In this document: positions 1 to 12,790 of the stretch, in pieces
Layout: each line of letters starts with the position of its first letter
How positions within the stretch are numbered: position 1 is the first letter of the stretch
Source: Mobula hypostoma
Lineage: Eukaryota
Length of the DNA: 64,000 nucleotides
Reading direction: 5' to 3'
Assembly: GCF_963921235.1 (NCBI RefSeq)
Contig: NC_086108.1
Coordinates: 74,340,001 to 74,404,000 of the forward strand
Notes under the pieces: model-generated
Databases searched by the model: none
What the model saw: the letters and a program-made list of their open reading frames with translations, nothing else
Told to the model about the DNA's origin: nothing
Position numbers and translations under genes: made by a program

Positions 1-2533
1 TGTTGTTTAAAACATTCCATCACAGTGGATTAAATTTGGCTTTTTGTTACACTGATCAACAGAAAAAAATCTCTTGTGTCAAAGTGAAAGCAGGTCTTTA
101 CGAAGTGATCTAAATTAATTACAGATATAAAACAAAGTAATTGGTTGCATCAGCATTCACCCCCTTCAAGTCAGTATTTAGTAGATGCACCTTTGACAGC
201 AATTACAGCCTTGAGTCTGTGTGGATTGGTCTCTATCAGCTTTGCACATCTGGACACTGCAATTTATCCCCATTCGTCTTTAAAAACCTGCTCAAGCCCT
301 GTCAGATTGCATGGGGACAGTGAGTGAACAGCCCTTTTCAAGTGCAGCCACAAATTCTCAATTGGATTGAGGTCTGGACTGTGACTTGGCCACACCAGGA
401 CATTATCTTTGTTTTTTTAAGCCATTCCTCTGTGGCTTTGCCTTTATGCTTAGGGTCATTGTCTTATTGCAAAACAGATCTTCTCCCAAGGCACAGTTCT
501 CTTGCAGACTGCATCAGATTTTCCTCCAGTATTTCCCTGTCTTTTGCTGCATTCATTTTGCCCTCTACCTTCACAAGCCTTCCAGGGCCTGCTGCAGTGA
601 GGCATCCCTGCAGCATGATGCAGCCATCACAATGCTTCACAGTATGGATGGTGTGTTTTTGATGATGTGCAGTATTTGGCTTATGCCAAACATAGCATTT
701 CGTCCAATGGCTAAAACTCAATTTTGGTTTCATCAGAATCAGGTTTATTAACATTGGCACGTGTCGTAAAATTTGTTAATTTAGCAGCAGCAGTTTGATG
801 CAATACATAATATAGAAGAAACAAAATAAAATAATAATGAATAAGTAAATCAATTACGGTATATGTATATTGAATAGATTAAAAATCATGCAAAAAACAA
901 ATAATATATATTAAAAAAGTGAGGTAGTGTCCAAAGGTTCAATGTCCATTTAGGAATCGGATGGCAGAGGGGAAGAAGCTGTTCCTGAATCATTGAGTGT
1001 GTGCCTTCAGACTTCTGTACCTTCTACCTGATGGTAACAGTGAGAAAAGGGCATCCCCTGGGTGCTGGGGGTCCTTAATAATGGACGCTGCATTTCTGCG
1101 ACACCACTCCTTGAAGATGTCCTGGATACTTTGTAGGCTAGCACCTAAGATGGAGCCGACTAAATTTACAACCCTCTGCAGCTTCTTTCAGTCTTGTGCA
1201 GTAGTTCCCCCCCCCCCCCCCGCCAATACCACACAGTGATGCAGCCTGTCAGAATGCTCTCCATGGTACATCTATAGAAGTTTTTGAGTGTGTTTGTTGA
1301 CATACCAAATCTCTTCAAAATCCTAATGAAGTATGGCTGCTGTCTTGCCTTCTTTATAACTTCATCGTTATGTTGGGACCAGGTTAGATCCTCAGAGATC
1401 TTGACACCCAGGAACTTGAAGCTGCTCACTCTCTCCACTTCTGATCCCTCTAGGAGGATTGGTATGTGTTCCTTCATCTTGCCCTTCTGGAAGTCCACAA
1501 TCAGCTCTTTCGTCTTACTGATGTTGAGTACCAGGTTGTAGCTGTGACACCACTCCACTGGTTGGCATATCTTGCTCCTGTACACTCTCTCGTCACCACC
1601 TGAGATTCTACCAACAATGGTTGTATCTTCAGCAAATTTATAGATGGTATTTGAGCGATGCCTAGCCAGACAGTCATGGGTATATAGAGAGTAGAGCAGA
1701 CCACAGAACCTTATTTCAGCTGACTTATGACTTTCTCATGTGCATTCTGGCAAACTCCAGCCGAGATTTCGTGAGAGTTTTTTTTCAAAATGGCTTTCTC
1801 TTTGCCATTCTCCCATAAAGCTGTGACTGATGAAGCACCGGGGCAACAGTGTTGTCTTCTATCTCAGCCACTGAAGCTTGTATCTCTTCCAGCGTTGTCA
1901 TAAGTCACTTGGTGGCCTCCATCACTAGTCCTCTTCTTGCACGGTCACTCAGATTCTGAGGACGGATGCTCTAGGCAGATTTACAGCTGTGCCATATTCT
2001 TACTATTCCCAAATGATCAACTTAACCATACTCCAAGGGATATTCAGTGACCTGGAAATTTTCTGTATCCATCTGACTCCTGACTTGTGTTTTTCAATAA
2101 CCTTTTTGCAGAGTGGCTTGGAGTGTTCTTTTGCCTTCATGGTGTGGTTTTTCCCAGGATACTGACTTGCCAGCAGTTGGACCTTCCTCATGCAGGTGTA
2201 TTTTTTACTACAAATCAATTGAAACACTTTGACTGCACACGGGTCTCCAAAAATAGATCTCCATTTAACTAATTATGTGACTTCTAAAACCAATAGGTTG
2301 CACCAGTGATGATTTGTTGTCATATTAAAGGGAGGTGAATGCTTATGCAATTGATTATTTTGTGTTTACATTTATAATTAATTTAGATCACTTTGTAGAG
2401 ATCTGTTTTCACTTTGACACAAAAGAATCCTTTTCTGTTGTCAAAAAGCCAAATTAAGTTCACTGTGAGTCACTGTTGTGAAACAATAAAACATGAAAAC
2501 TTCCAAGGGGGTGAATGCTTTCTATAGGCACTG
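1..2533 (-). mobile_element. Tc1-family DNA transposon with long (about 200 bp) IR/DR-type TIRs, decayed and interrupted by a LINE
   Basis: Transposase remnants on minus (MKAKEHSK..KVIEKHKSG at about 2003-2140; TVKH..GCIML.GC..AAGPGRLVKVEGKMNAAK at 464-730); positions 1-167 are an inverted copy of about 2327-2490; right end CACTG|TA at 2533; left end lies just outside the window. Confidence 0.9.
737..1698 (-). mobile_element. Rex1/Babar-type LINE, 5'-truncated, inserted in the Tc1
   Basis: RT C-terminus LNISKTKELIVDF..FKFLGVKISEDLTWS..FYRCTMESILTGCITVWY; Tc1 sequence resumes at cagaccacagaacc. Confidence 0.85.
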
Positions 2534-3235
2534 TATTTATAGTGAAGGGTCTCGTACAGGAGGTTGGTTAACTTGGTTGGAGCACATGGAACTGAATATG
2601 TACTGACATGGACTGAGAGCTGGTTATTGGTCAGAAAGAAGAGTGTGAATAGTTGACAGCCTGCGACCAGTGCCAATAGGACCCAAGATAATTACTATAT
2701 TTGGTAACAATTTGGCTGAAGGAATAAACTGTTATGCTTCCAAGTTTACTGATGATGCTAAACCAGATGAGGGTGTGAAAATGTAATGAAGATTCAGGGT
2801 TATAGAAATGTTGCATTAGTGGGTGAGAACATCACAAATGCAATATAATGTGGAAAGAGGGTATCTGCTTCATTGCACAATAGGAAAGCAGAATAATTTT
2901 TAAATGATGATTGAGTGGGTAGCATTGAAGTTCAAGGTGACCTGGTTGACCATCATGTAGGATGGCAACTACTATGTTATCTTTTATTACAATTGGACTT
3001 GAATACAGGAATAAGGAAAATTACTGCAATTATACTATAACTGTGAGGCTGTGTGAGACCACACATGAATTTTAGTCAGCAATTTCCAACTCCTTGCCTA
3101 ATGTGTGCCTTCCTGAGAAGGAATGCAGCAAAAATTCATTACAACAGGAATTCTGCAGATGCTGGAAATTCAAGCAACACACATCAAAGTTGCTGGTGAA
3201 CGCAGCAGGCCAGGCAGCATCTGTAGGAAGAGGTG

Positions 3236-3273
3236 CAGTCGACGTTTCAGGCCGAGACCCTTCGTCAGGACTA
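3236..3273 (-). ncRNA. Second identical minimal hammerhead motif in the inverted pLTR
   Basis: Exact reverse complement of 4353-4390. Confidence 0.8.
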
Positions 3274-4352
3274 ACTGAAGGAAGAGTGAGTAAGGGATTT
3301 GAAAGTTGGAGGGGGAGGGGTAGATCCAAAATGATAGGAGAAGACAGGAGGGAGAGGGATAGAGCCAAGAGCTGGATCATGGGACAGGAGGTCCAGGAAG
3401 AAAGACAAGTGGGGGGGGGGACCCAGAGGATGGGCAAGAGGTATATTCAGAGGGACAGAGGGAGAAAAAGAGTGAGAGAAAGAATATCCCACCACTAAGC
3501 ACATCTTTCCCTCCATCCCACCACTAAGCACATCTTTCCCTCCCCCCCTCTCTCTGCATTCCGCAGGGATCGCTCCCTACACAACTCCCTTGTCCATTCG
3601 TCCCCCCCATCCCTCCCCACTGATCTCCCTCCTGGCACTTATCCTTGTAAGCGGAACAAGTGCTACACATGCCCTTACACTTCCTCCCTTACCACCATTA
3701 CCACCATTCAGGGCCCCAAACAGTCCTTCCAGGTGAGGCAACACTTCACCTGTGAGTCGACTGGGGTGATATACTGCGTCTGGTGCTCCCGATGTGGCCT
3801 TTTATATATTGGCGAGACCCGACGCAGACTGGGAGACCACTTTGCTGAACATCTACGCTCTGTCCGCCAGAGAAAGCAGGATCTCCCAGTGGCCACACAT
3901 TTTAATTCCACATCCCATTCCCATTCTGACATGTCCATCCACGGCCTCCTCTACTGTAAAGATGAAGCCACACTCAGGTTGGAGGAACAACACCTTATAT
4001 TCCGTCTGGGTAGCCTCCAACCTGATGGCATGAACATCGACTTTTCTAACTTCCGCTAAGCCCCACCTCCCCCTCGTACCCCATCTGTTACTCATTTTTA
4101 TGCACACATTCTTTCTCTCACTCTCCTTTTTCTCCCTCTGTCCCTCTGAATATACTTCTTTCCCATCTTCTGGGTCCCCCCCCCACTTGTCTTTCTTCCT
4201 GGACCTCCTGTCCCATGATCCTGTCATATCCCCTTTTGCCTATCACCTGTCCAGCTCTTGGCTCTATCCCTCCCCCTCCTGTCTTCTCCTATCATTTTGG
4301 ATCTCCCCCTCCCCCTCCAACTTTCAAATCCCTTACTCACTCTTCCTTCAGT

Positions 4353-4390
4353 TAGTCCTGACGAAGGGTCTCGGCCTGAAACGTCGACTG
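4353..4390 (+). ncRNA. Minimal type I hammerhead ribozyme motif in the Penelope pLTR
   Basis: TAGTC-CTGACGA-A-GGGT-CTCG-GCCT-GAAA-C-GTC-GACTG: core boxes intact, stem I TAGTC/GACTG, palindromic ACGT stem III. Confidence 0.8.
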
Positions 4391-4759
4391 CACCTCTTCC
4401 TACAGATGCTGCCTGGCCTGCTGCGTTCACCAAAAATTCATTACACTGGTTCCAGAGATTGTAGGTTAGCTAAATGATGAGAAATTGAGTAGACTGGGAT
4501 TGATTTGAAGATTAAGAAATCTCACTGACACTCATCAAATTCTTTCAGAGCTTGACAGGCTAGATGAGGGAGGATGTTTCTCATGACTGATGAGAAAGGA
4601 GCTCAGGACTGATGTTTCAGAATAAAGTGTTCAGGATTTGAATGACAGTTCTTCACTAAATAGATGGTGGATCTTTGGAATTCTGTACCCTGGAGAACTG
4701 TGGAGGCTCAATAACTGGGTTTATTCGAAATAGGATGATAGTTTTTTGGGCACTGGGTG

Positions 4760-5500
4760 ATGGAAACCTCCAGTAAAATGACGGTGCTCACACACAGTGA
4801 CTTCTACAGGGATAACCAAAGGTGTTATTGTCCCCTTTTCAAAAGTTACTTTTTTACAATCACGAGATCCTGCTGGACATTAAGAACTTAAAGTTCTGCG
4901 AGTTGCTCATTGGCAGAGAAACGGAAGGAATTGGACTCGGTGTGGATCGTGCTGCTGCCTGCATCAAAGAGGGATTGGAGGAGTCAGTGCATGAAGGTGA
5001 TGTGCAGTCTAACAGCAAGTGATCATCTTGTGGTGGCAAGACCCTGTTGGACATAGCTAACGTAGAATGTTGCAAGTCCTACTCACTGGCGGACTGCAGG
5101 GGAGCTGTGTGCCCTTGGTGATAGCGACAACTGTGCTTCAAGCTGCGGTGTTGCCTGTTCACAGCTATCTAGGAAAGAGGCATTGGTGCGCTCCACCAAG
5201 TGCCAGAGGCAGTGTGGCATGATGTCCAAGCTGGAGTTGGTGCTGCCCACCCCTCCGGTGTTCGTTCAGCAGAAGACAAGCCATATTGTGTTCAACTGCC
5301 TGCTGCTGCAACATTCATGGACTCAGGGACCTGCACTATATTTTTGCTTGTGTGACTGTATTTTACTGCTATCTTATGTGCTAGATGTGCCTTTTGCTGT
5401 TTATGACCATCAGTGCTCTGTTTTGCACCTTGGCCCCAGTAATGCTGTTTAGTTTGGCTGCAGTCATGTATGGTTGAGTGAGAGTTAAGCTTGAACTTGA
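4760..5500 (+). repeat. Unclassified non-coding repeat with a Rex-like 3' tail
   Basis: Ends in (cttgaa)n tail like the Rex fragment tail at about 41215-41252; no coding similarity seen. Confidence 0.4.
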
Positions 5501-5599
5501 AGGGAGGTGGTGCAGGAAAATGGAGATCAGATAGAAGATCATTGAAGGAATAAGTGAGAGAGTGGGATCTGAGCCAATAAGAAGAAGCAAGGTGTAACT

Positions 5600-8500
5600 G
5601 GAGGGGCCATTTTAGCATGGGCCAGGGTTAAGGTGGGAGGCTTTGGCAGAACAGGTTTCAGAGAGAATAGACGGAGGCTAAGGATGCTTCTGAGTCATTT
5701 GGAATAATTTATTTTGATTGTAAAAGTTAGGGCCGAAGGTATAAGAAGTTCAACAGGAAGAGGCTGAGTAAGTGACTCGGGTGAGTTTGAAACTCAAAGG
5801 TTTCAGAAAGAAATCAGGGATAAGTGCAGGTAAGTTTTTTTTTGTTGTCTTTTTTGGTCCTTAATTCAGTGTAGGCAGGGTAGTAGAGAGGTGGTGGAAT
5901 GCCCCTCCTGTTAATATGTGGAATTTCAGGGTACCTAACAACCTCCCTGATGACTGCATCTGTGGGAAGCGCACTCCTGACTGACAAAAACCTCACAGAT
6001 GAAGCTTTTACTGAGGTGGTCACACCAAGAGTGCAGGCTTCAGATAAGTAGATGGGTAGAGTAAATAGTGCAGTGCTCCCTATGCCCGTTTCTCCTCAGC
6101 TACAAGTATAGCCCTTTGGATACTTCTGGGGTTGGGGGGGAGTAAACTATCAGGCCACAGCAGCAGCAAATGGACTTGTGGCACTGTGGCCATGCTTCAG
6201 GGAAGAGGCTCAAGAACCAAAGGAATCCAAGGTAATAATCTTCGGATTACTCTTGATGCTACGTGCTAGTCAGGGCAGAAATAGGATGATAATAGAGATG
6301 AATGAGTGGCTGAGTAATTGGTGCAGGTGGTAAGAGTTTCAGCAGGGAAGGGTAAAGTCAAACAGAACGATAGTGGTAGGAGAATCAATAGTTAGGGGGA
6401 TGGACAGGAGATTCTATGGCTGCGAACGAGAATTCAGGATGATACGTTGCCTTTCTGAGGCATCACCAGTGGAAAGGATGAGCAGTTTCAGCATCCTGGG
6501 TGTCAACATCTCTGAAGGTCTATCCTGGGCCCAACATGTTGATGCAATTACAGTGATGGCATGATAGCAGCTACATTTCATGAGGAGTTTGAGGAGACTT
6601 GGTATGTCACCAAAGACTCTCGTGAATTTCTACGAATGTACTTTGGAGAGGTTGCATCACCAGCTGGTGTGGAGAGGCCCCTGCACAGGATCGGAAAGAG
6701 CTCCAGAAAGTGTAAACTTAGCCAGCTCAGTCATGAGCACTAGCAAAAGGCGATGCCTCAAAAACATGGCGTCCATCATTAAAGATTCCCCCCCCCCCAC
6801 CGCGCCCCACTTCATCCAAGACACACCACCCTATTGCCACAATCAAAGAAGACGTACAGGACCCTGAAGGCACACATTCAACATTTCAAAAGCAGTTTCT
6901 CCCCCTCCACCATATTTCTGCATGGATAAGGAACCGACGTACACTGCCTCACTTTTTTCCTTTTTTATTGTTCTTTCTGCACTACTCATTTAATTGAATA
7001 TTTTAATGTATATTCTTATTGTAGCACAGTTCTTTTACTATTATGTATTGCAATGTACTGCTGCCACAAAACAACAAAATTCATGAGATACAATGTCAGT
7101 GATACTGTATCTGATTCTTATTCTGATTCAGGAGTTAGGGTCCAGGATGTCTCAGATCAGCTAGGGAATATTCTCAAGGGAGAGAGTGAGCAGCTAGAGG
7201 TCATGGGGCTCATTGACTCTAATGACAAAGGTAGAAAGGAGGAAAGAGATCCTGTGGAGTAAGTATGGGGAGTTAGGAGCGGGTCTGACGAGCTATGGTA
7301 ATCCAAGGTAATGATCTTTGGATTACTCCTGGTGCCATGTGCTAGTCAGGGCAGAAATCGGATGATGGTACAGTTGAATGAGTGGCTGAGAAATTGGTGC
7401 AGGGGGTAGAGTTTCAGCCTCTTGGATCATTGGAACCTCTTCTGGGGCAGAGGTAACCTGTACAATAGGGAGGGGTTGCTCCTAAACTGGAGGGGAACTA
7501 AGATCCTGGCTGGGAAGTTTGCTAGTGCTACTAGGGAAGTTTATACTAGTTTGGCAGGGGGATGCAAACCAGATGGTGGAAAAAGTGGAAGGATGAAGAG
7601 GAAGATAGATGTCAGGGACAGTAAAACCAGGCAGGAGCAAAGTAATAGGAATCATGGAATGGATAGTTTGAAGTGTATGAATTTTAATGTTAGGGATATT
7701 ATGGTTTAAGGTGATAAACTTAGAGCATAGATCTACGAAGCTGTGGCCTTATAGAAACTTGTTTGAGAGAGGGACAGGAATGGCTGCTTCAATGTCCCAG
7801 GGTTTTTCGATGTTTTAGAAAAGATAGGGAGGTAAAAGAAATGGGAGAGTTGCACTACTAATCATGGACAATATCACACAGCTGCAGTCATAGGGGACAG
7901 AATGGAGGTCTTGTACACTGAGTCTGTATGGGTAGAATGCAAAAACAGAGTGCAATCACTCTGATGGGATTGTACGACAGACTCCCCCAGCAGCCACCAG
8001 GAGACCGAGGAACACGTGCAAGCAGATGAAGGAAAAGTGTAAAATCAATAGGGTTGTTGTCATGGGGAGCTTCAACTTTCCTAACATAAATTGAGACCTT
8101 CTCAGCACAAGTGGTTTAGAGGGGGCAGAATTTATTAGGTGCATCCAGGAGGGTTTTTTAAGTCAAAATGTAAATAGTCCAACAAGAGGAAGGTTTGTAC
8201 TGAGCCTGGCCAGGTCACTGAAACTTCTGTGGGTGAGCAGGTATGGAACAGTGACCAGAACACAACACCTAAAGTTTTAAGTTAGCTACAGATAAGGATT
8301 AGTATGGTCCTTGTGGGAGAGTATTAAACTGGAGCAGGGCAAATTAGGGGAGCATGAGGCAGGAACAAGGGAGAGTTAATTGGGAACAGCTGATTTTGGG
8401 CAGGTCTCCATCCAACGTGTGGAGGGTGTTTAAAGAGCAACTGCATAGAGTGCAGGACAGGTGAGTTCCAGTCAGAAGGAAGTTCAAGGAAGGCAAAATA

Positions 8501-10270
8501 AGAGAAGCTTGGATGTCAAGAGAGATGATGAATTTTGTCAAGAAAATGGAAAAGGATGTCAAGCTTAGGAAACAAGAATCACCTGAGCCCTTGAGTATCA
8601 TAAGGAAGACTGGAAAGAACTCAGGAATAGAATGAGGAAATCCAGGATGGGCCATGAAAAGTCCTTGGCAAGTGAGATTAAAGAGAATCTCAGGGCATTC
8701 TATTCAAACATCAAGAGCAAGAGGCTAAGTCCACTCAAGGGTAATGGAGAGAACATTTGCTTGGATGTGGAGGATGTGGGTGAGCTTCTTTACATCAGTA
8801 TTTACCAAGGGAAAGGACATGGAGTATAGGGAGATCAGTGCTGAGCATATTCATATACTAGAGCATTTCAAAGTAAAGGAAGAGGTAGTTTTGGGTCTCC
8901 TAAAGAGCATTAAGGTGGATAAATCCCTGGGGCCTCATGGGATATACCACAGGATATTGAGAAAGGCTAGAGAAGAGATTGCTGGGGCTTTGACCAATAT
9001 TTCTGTCCTCTCTAGCCACAGGTGAGGTTCCAAAGGACAGGAAAGTAGCTAATCCAAGAAGGGAATCCTGGAAGCTGTGGACCAGTGAGCCTCACGTCAG
9101 TGGAAGGGATGTTACTGGAGATAATTAAGGATCGGATTATTGAGCATTTGGAAAACCATGGCCTAACTGGGGAGAGCCAGCATGGTCTTGTGCAGTGCAA
9201 ATCATGTTTTACGAATTGAGATTTTTGATAAGGTGACCAGGGTGATTGATGAAAGTAGAGCTGAGGATGTTTACATGGATTTTAGGAAGGCGTTTGACAA
9301 AGTCCTTCATGGGAGGTTCATCCAGAAGATTAAGATGCATGAGATCTATTGAGAATTGGCCATTTGGATTCGGGACTGGCTTGCCCATCAAAGACAGAGT
9401 GTAGTGGTTGAAGAGACCTGTTCTAGGAGGAGATCCATGATTACTGGTGTTCCACAGGGACTTCTGTTGTTTGTGATAAATATAAATGAGCTGGATGAAA
9501 ATGTCGATGGATAGGATAGTAAATTTGCAGATGATATAAAGACTGGTAGATAGCATACAAGATTGACGAAGAATACAGCAGAATTCAGATGAGTTGCAGG
9601 TATAAGTGGAGAAATGACAGATTGAAGTGTTGCACGTTGGGTTGGATGTAAAAAGACAGTACAGTGATAAGGGAAACACCCTTAACAGTGTTGATGAGCT
9701 GAGGGATATTGGGGTGCAAGTTCATAGCTGCCTGAAAGTGGCTACACAGGTTGATTTGGTGGTTAAGAAGGCAGATGGCATACTTGCCTTTATTAGTCAA
9801 GGCAATGAGTTCAAAAGTCGGGAATTTATGTTGCAGCTTTATAAAACTCTAGTTCAGCCGCATCTGGAGTATTGCAAACAGTTCTGGTCACACTACTAAA
9901 GGAAGGTTGTCGAGGCTTTGCAAAGGGTGCAGAAGAGGCTTACCAGGATGCTGCCTGCATTAGATGACGAGAAGTTGGACAAACATGGGTTTGTTTTCTC
10001 CAGAGCAGTGGAGGCTGAGAGGAGATCTGATAAAGTTTTATAAGATTATGAGAGGCAGAGATAGAGTAGACAGACAGTATCTCTTCAACGTACAGGGTTG
10101 GAATGTCTAATACGAGAGGGTATGCACTTAAGGTGAGATGGAGGGTAATTTCAAAGGAGATGTGAGGGGCAAGATTTTTTTTAAACACAGAGTGATGGGT
10201 GCTTGGAATATACTGCCTGGGCTGGTGATAGAGGAAAATACATTAGATACATAGAGACTTTTAAGAGATG
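5600..10270 (+). mobile_element. Near full-length but decayed CR1 LINE (ORF1 with esterase-like domain, ORF2 APE-RT)
   Basis: ORF1 remnants VVGESIVRGMDRRF and DHWNLFWGRGNLYNREGLLLNWRGT; ORF2 remnants LKCMNFNVR, IKVDKSLGPHG, LYKTLVQPHLEYC; 3' end resumes at about 12795-12953. Confidence 0.85.
6460..7128 (+). mobile_element. Rex1/Babar LINE 3' fragment inserted in CR1 ORF1
   Basis: VERMSSFSILGVNISEGLSWAQH, RSLRRLGMSPKTLVNFY; (tctgat)n tail. Confidence 0.8.
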
Positions 10271-10274
10271 TTAG

Positions 10275-12790
10275 ACCATAAGATGTAGGAGCAGAAGTAG
10301 GCCATTCAGCCCATTGAGTATGGCTGATCTAATTCTTCCAGTCATTCTCACTCCCCTGCCTTCTCCCAATACCCCTTGATGCCCTAGCTAATCAAGAACC
10401 TATCTATCTCTGCCTTAAATGCACCCATTGACTTGGCCTCCACAGCCGCACATGGCATCAAATTCCACAGATTTACGACCCTCTGACCAAAGTAATTTCT
10501 CCGCATCTCTGTTCTAGATGGACATCCTTCAATCCTGAAGTCGTGCCCTCTTGTCCTAGACTCCCCTACCATGGGATATAACTTTGAAATATCTAATCTG
10601 TTCAGGCCTTTTAACATTCGGAATGTTTCTGTGAGATCCCCCCCATTCTCTTGAACTCCAGGGAATACAGCCCAACAGCTGCCAAACGTGTCTCATTTGG
10701 TAATCCTTTCATTCCTGGAATCATTCTCGTGAATCTTTTCTGAACCCGCTTCAATGTCAGTAAATCCTTTCTAAAATAAGGAGCCCAAAGCTGCACACAC
10801 TGCTCCAAGTGTGGTCTCACGAGTGCCTTATGGAGCCTCAGCATCACATCCCTGTCTTTATATTCTATACCTCTAGAAATGAATGCCAACATTGCATTCG
10901 CCGCCTTCACCACTGACTGAACCTGGAGGTTAACTTTAGGGTATTCTGCACAAGGACTTCCAAGTCCCTCTGCATGTCTGCATTTTGAATCCTGTCCCCA
11001 TCTAAATAATAGTCTGCCCATTTATTTCTTCCACCATAGTGTATGACCATACACTTTCCAACATTGTATTTCATTTGCCACTTTGCCCATTCCCTAAACT
11101 ATCTAAGTCTCTCTGCAGGCTCTCTGTTTCCTCAACACTACCTGCTCCTCCACCTCTTTGTATCATCGGCAAATTTAGCCACAAATCCATTAATTCCATA
11201 CTCCAAATCATTGATATATCTTGTAAAAAGTAGCAGTCCCAATACCGACCCCTGTGGAACTCCACTGTTAACTGGCATAGAATAGGATACCTTTATTCCC
11301 ACTCGCTGCTTTCTACCGATCAGCCAATGCTCCACCCATGCTAGTAACTTCCCTGTAATTCCATGGGCTCTTGCCTTGCTAAGCAACCTCCTGTTAAAGG
11401 CCTTCTGAAAATCCAAGTACACCACATCCACTGCATCTCCTTTGCCTACCCTGCTTGTAATTTCCTCAAAAAATTGCAGTCGGTTAGTCAGGCAGGATTT
11501 TCCTTTCAGGAAACCATGCTGGCTTTAGCTTATCTTATCATGTGCCTCCAGGTACTCCATAATCTCATTCCTAACTAACGATTCCAACAGCTTTCCAACC
11601 ACTGATGTCAGGCTAACAGGTCTTTTGTTTCCTTTCTGCTGTCTCCCACTCTTCTTAAATAGTGGAGTAACATTTGCGATTTTCCAGTCATCCGGTACAA
11701 TGCCAGAATCTATCAATTCTTAAAGGATCATTGTTAAAGCCTCCACAGTCTCTCCGACTATTTCCTTCAGCACCTGAGGGTGCATTCCATCAGGTCCAGA
11801 AGTTTTATCCACCCTCAGACCAGTAAGCTTCCTGTGCACCTTCTCAGTTGAAATTTTCACTGCACATACTTCACTTTCTTGACACCCTTGAATGCCTGGT
11901 ATACTGCAAATGTCTTCCACTGTGAAGATTGATGCAAAATACGCGTTCAGTTCCTCTTCCATCTCTGTCTCTCATTATAATACCTCCAGCGTCATTTTCT
12001 ATTGGTCGTATTTCTACCCTCAACTCTATTTTACCCTTTATATACTTAAAAAAGCTTTTAGTATCTTCTTTGATATTAATCACCAGCTTCCTTTCATAAT
12101 CCATCTTTTCCTTCCTAATGACTTTCTGAGTTTCCTTCTGCAAGTTTTTAAAAGCTTCCGAATCCTCTATCTTGCCACTAACTTTGGCTTCATTGTATGC
12201 CCTCTCTTTTGCTTTTACTTTGGCTCAGACTTCACTTGTCAGCCATGGTAGTGTCCTTCTTCCATTCAAAAATGTCTTCTTATTTGGAATATATCTGTCT
12301 CACACTTCCCTCATTTTTTGCAGAAACTCCAGCCATTTCTGCTCTGCTGTTCATCCTGCTAGTGTCCCTTTCCATTTAACCTTGGCCAGTTCCCCTCTCA
12401 TGCCATTGTAATTTCCTTTATTCCACTGAAATACTGACACATTGGAATTTAGTTTCTCCTTCTCAGATTTCAAAGTGAACTCGATTATATTGTGATCACT
12501 GTTCCCTAATGGTTCCTTAACCTTGAGCTCTTTTATCACCTCCAGATCATTGCACAACACCCAATCCAGCACAGCCGATCCCCTGGTGGACTCAACAACA
12601 AGCTGTTCTAAAAAGCCATCCCTCAGACATTCTACAAATTCTCTCTCTTGAGGTCCAGTATTGGCTGGTTTTCCCAATCGACTTTCATGTTAAAATCCCC
12701 AACGATTATCATGACATTGCCCTTCTGACATGCCTTTTCTATCTCATGCTGTAATTTGTAATCCATATTGCAGCTGCTGTTTGGAGGCCT
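10275..12790 (-). mobile_element. CR1 LINE ORF2 (APE end plus RT), inserted antisense in the older CR1
   Basis: EFVECLRDGFLEQLV, GPDGMHP, DWKIANVTPLFKK, DVVYLDFQKAF, SGVPQGSVLG, KFADDTK, RPHLE. Confidence 0.92.

Larger units (their letters stand above)
3144..4430 (+). mobile_element. Penelope-like retroelement, 5'-truncated, with an inverted pseudo-LTR and GIY-YIG endonuclease
   Basis: ORF 3733-4059 FTCESTGVIYCVWCSRCGLLYIGETRRRLGDHFAEH..LEEQHLIFRLGSLQPDGMN; about 3186-3487 is an inverted copy of about 4107-4433; identical 15-mer CAAAAATTCATTACA at 3129-3143 and 4431-4445 (TSD). Confidence 0.93.
2680..4760 (+). mobile_element. Old degenerate CR1 LINE 3' part, interrupted by the Penelope element
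   Basis: Decayed RT-like sequence (tccaagtttactgatgatgc) and CR1-like 3' region on both sides of 3144-4430. Confidence 0.6.

Noticed and set aside
3072..3498. ORFs over the Penelope pLTR (VSPDEGSRPETST peptides)
   Set aside because: Translations of the non-coding pLTR/hammerhead region, repeated in each copy
5880..5990. Cys-containing segment as the CCDC17 N-terminal zinc-finger exon
   Set aside because: Lies at the start of the CR1 ORF1, is frameshifted and lacks convincing splice signals
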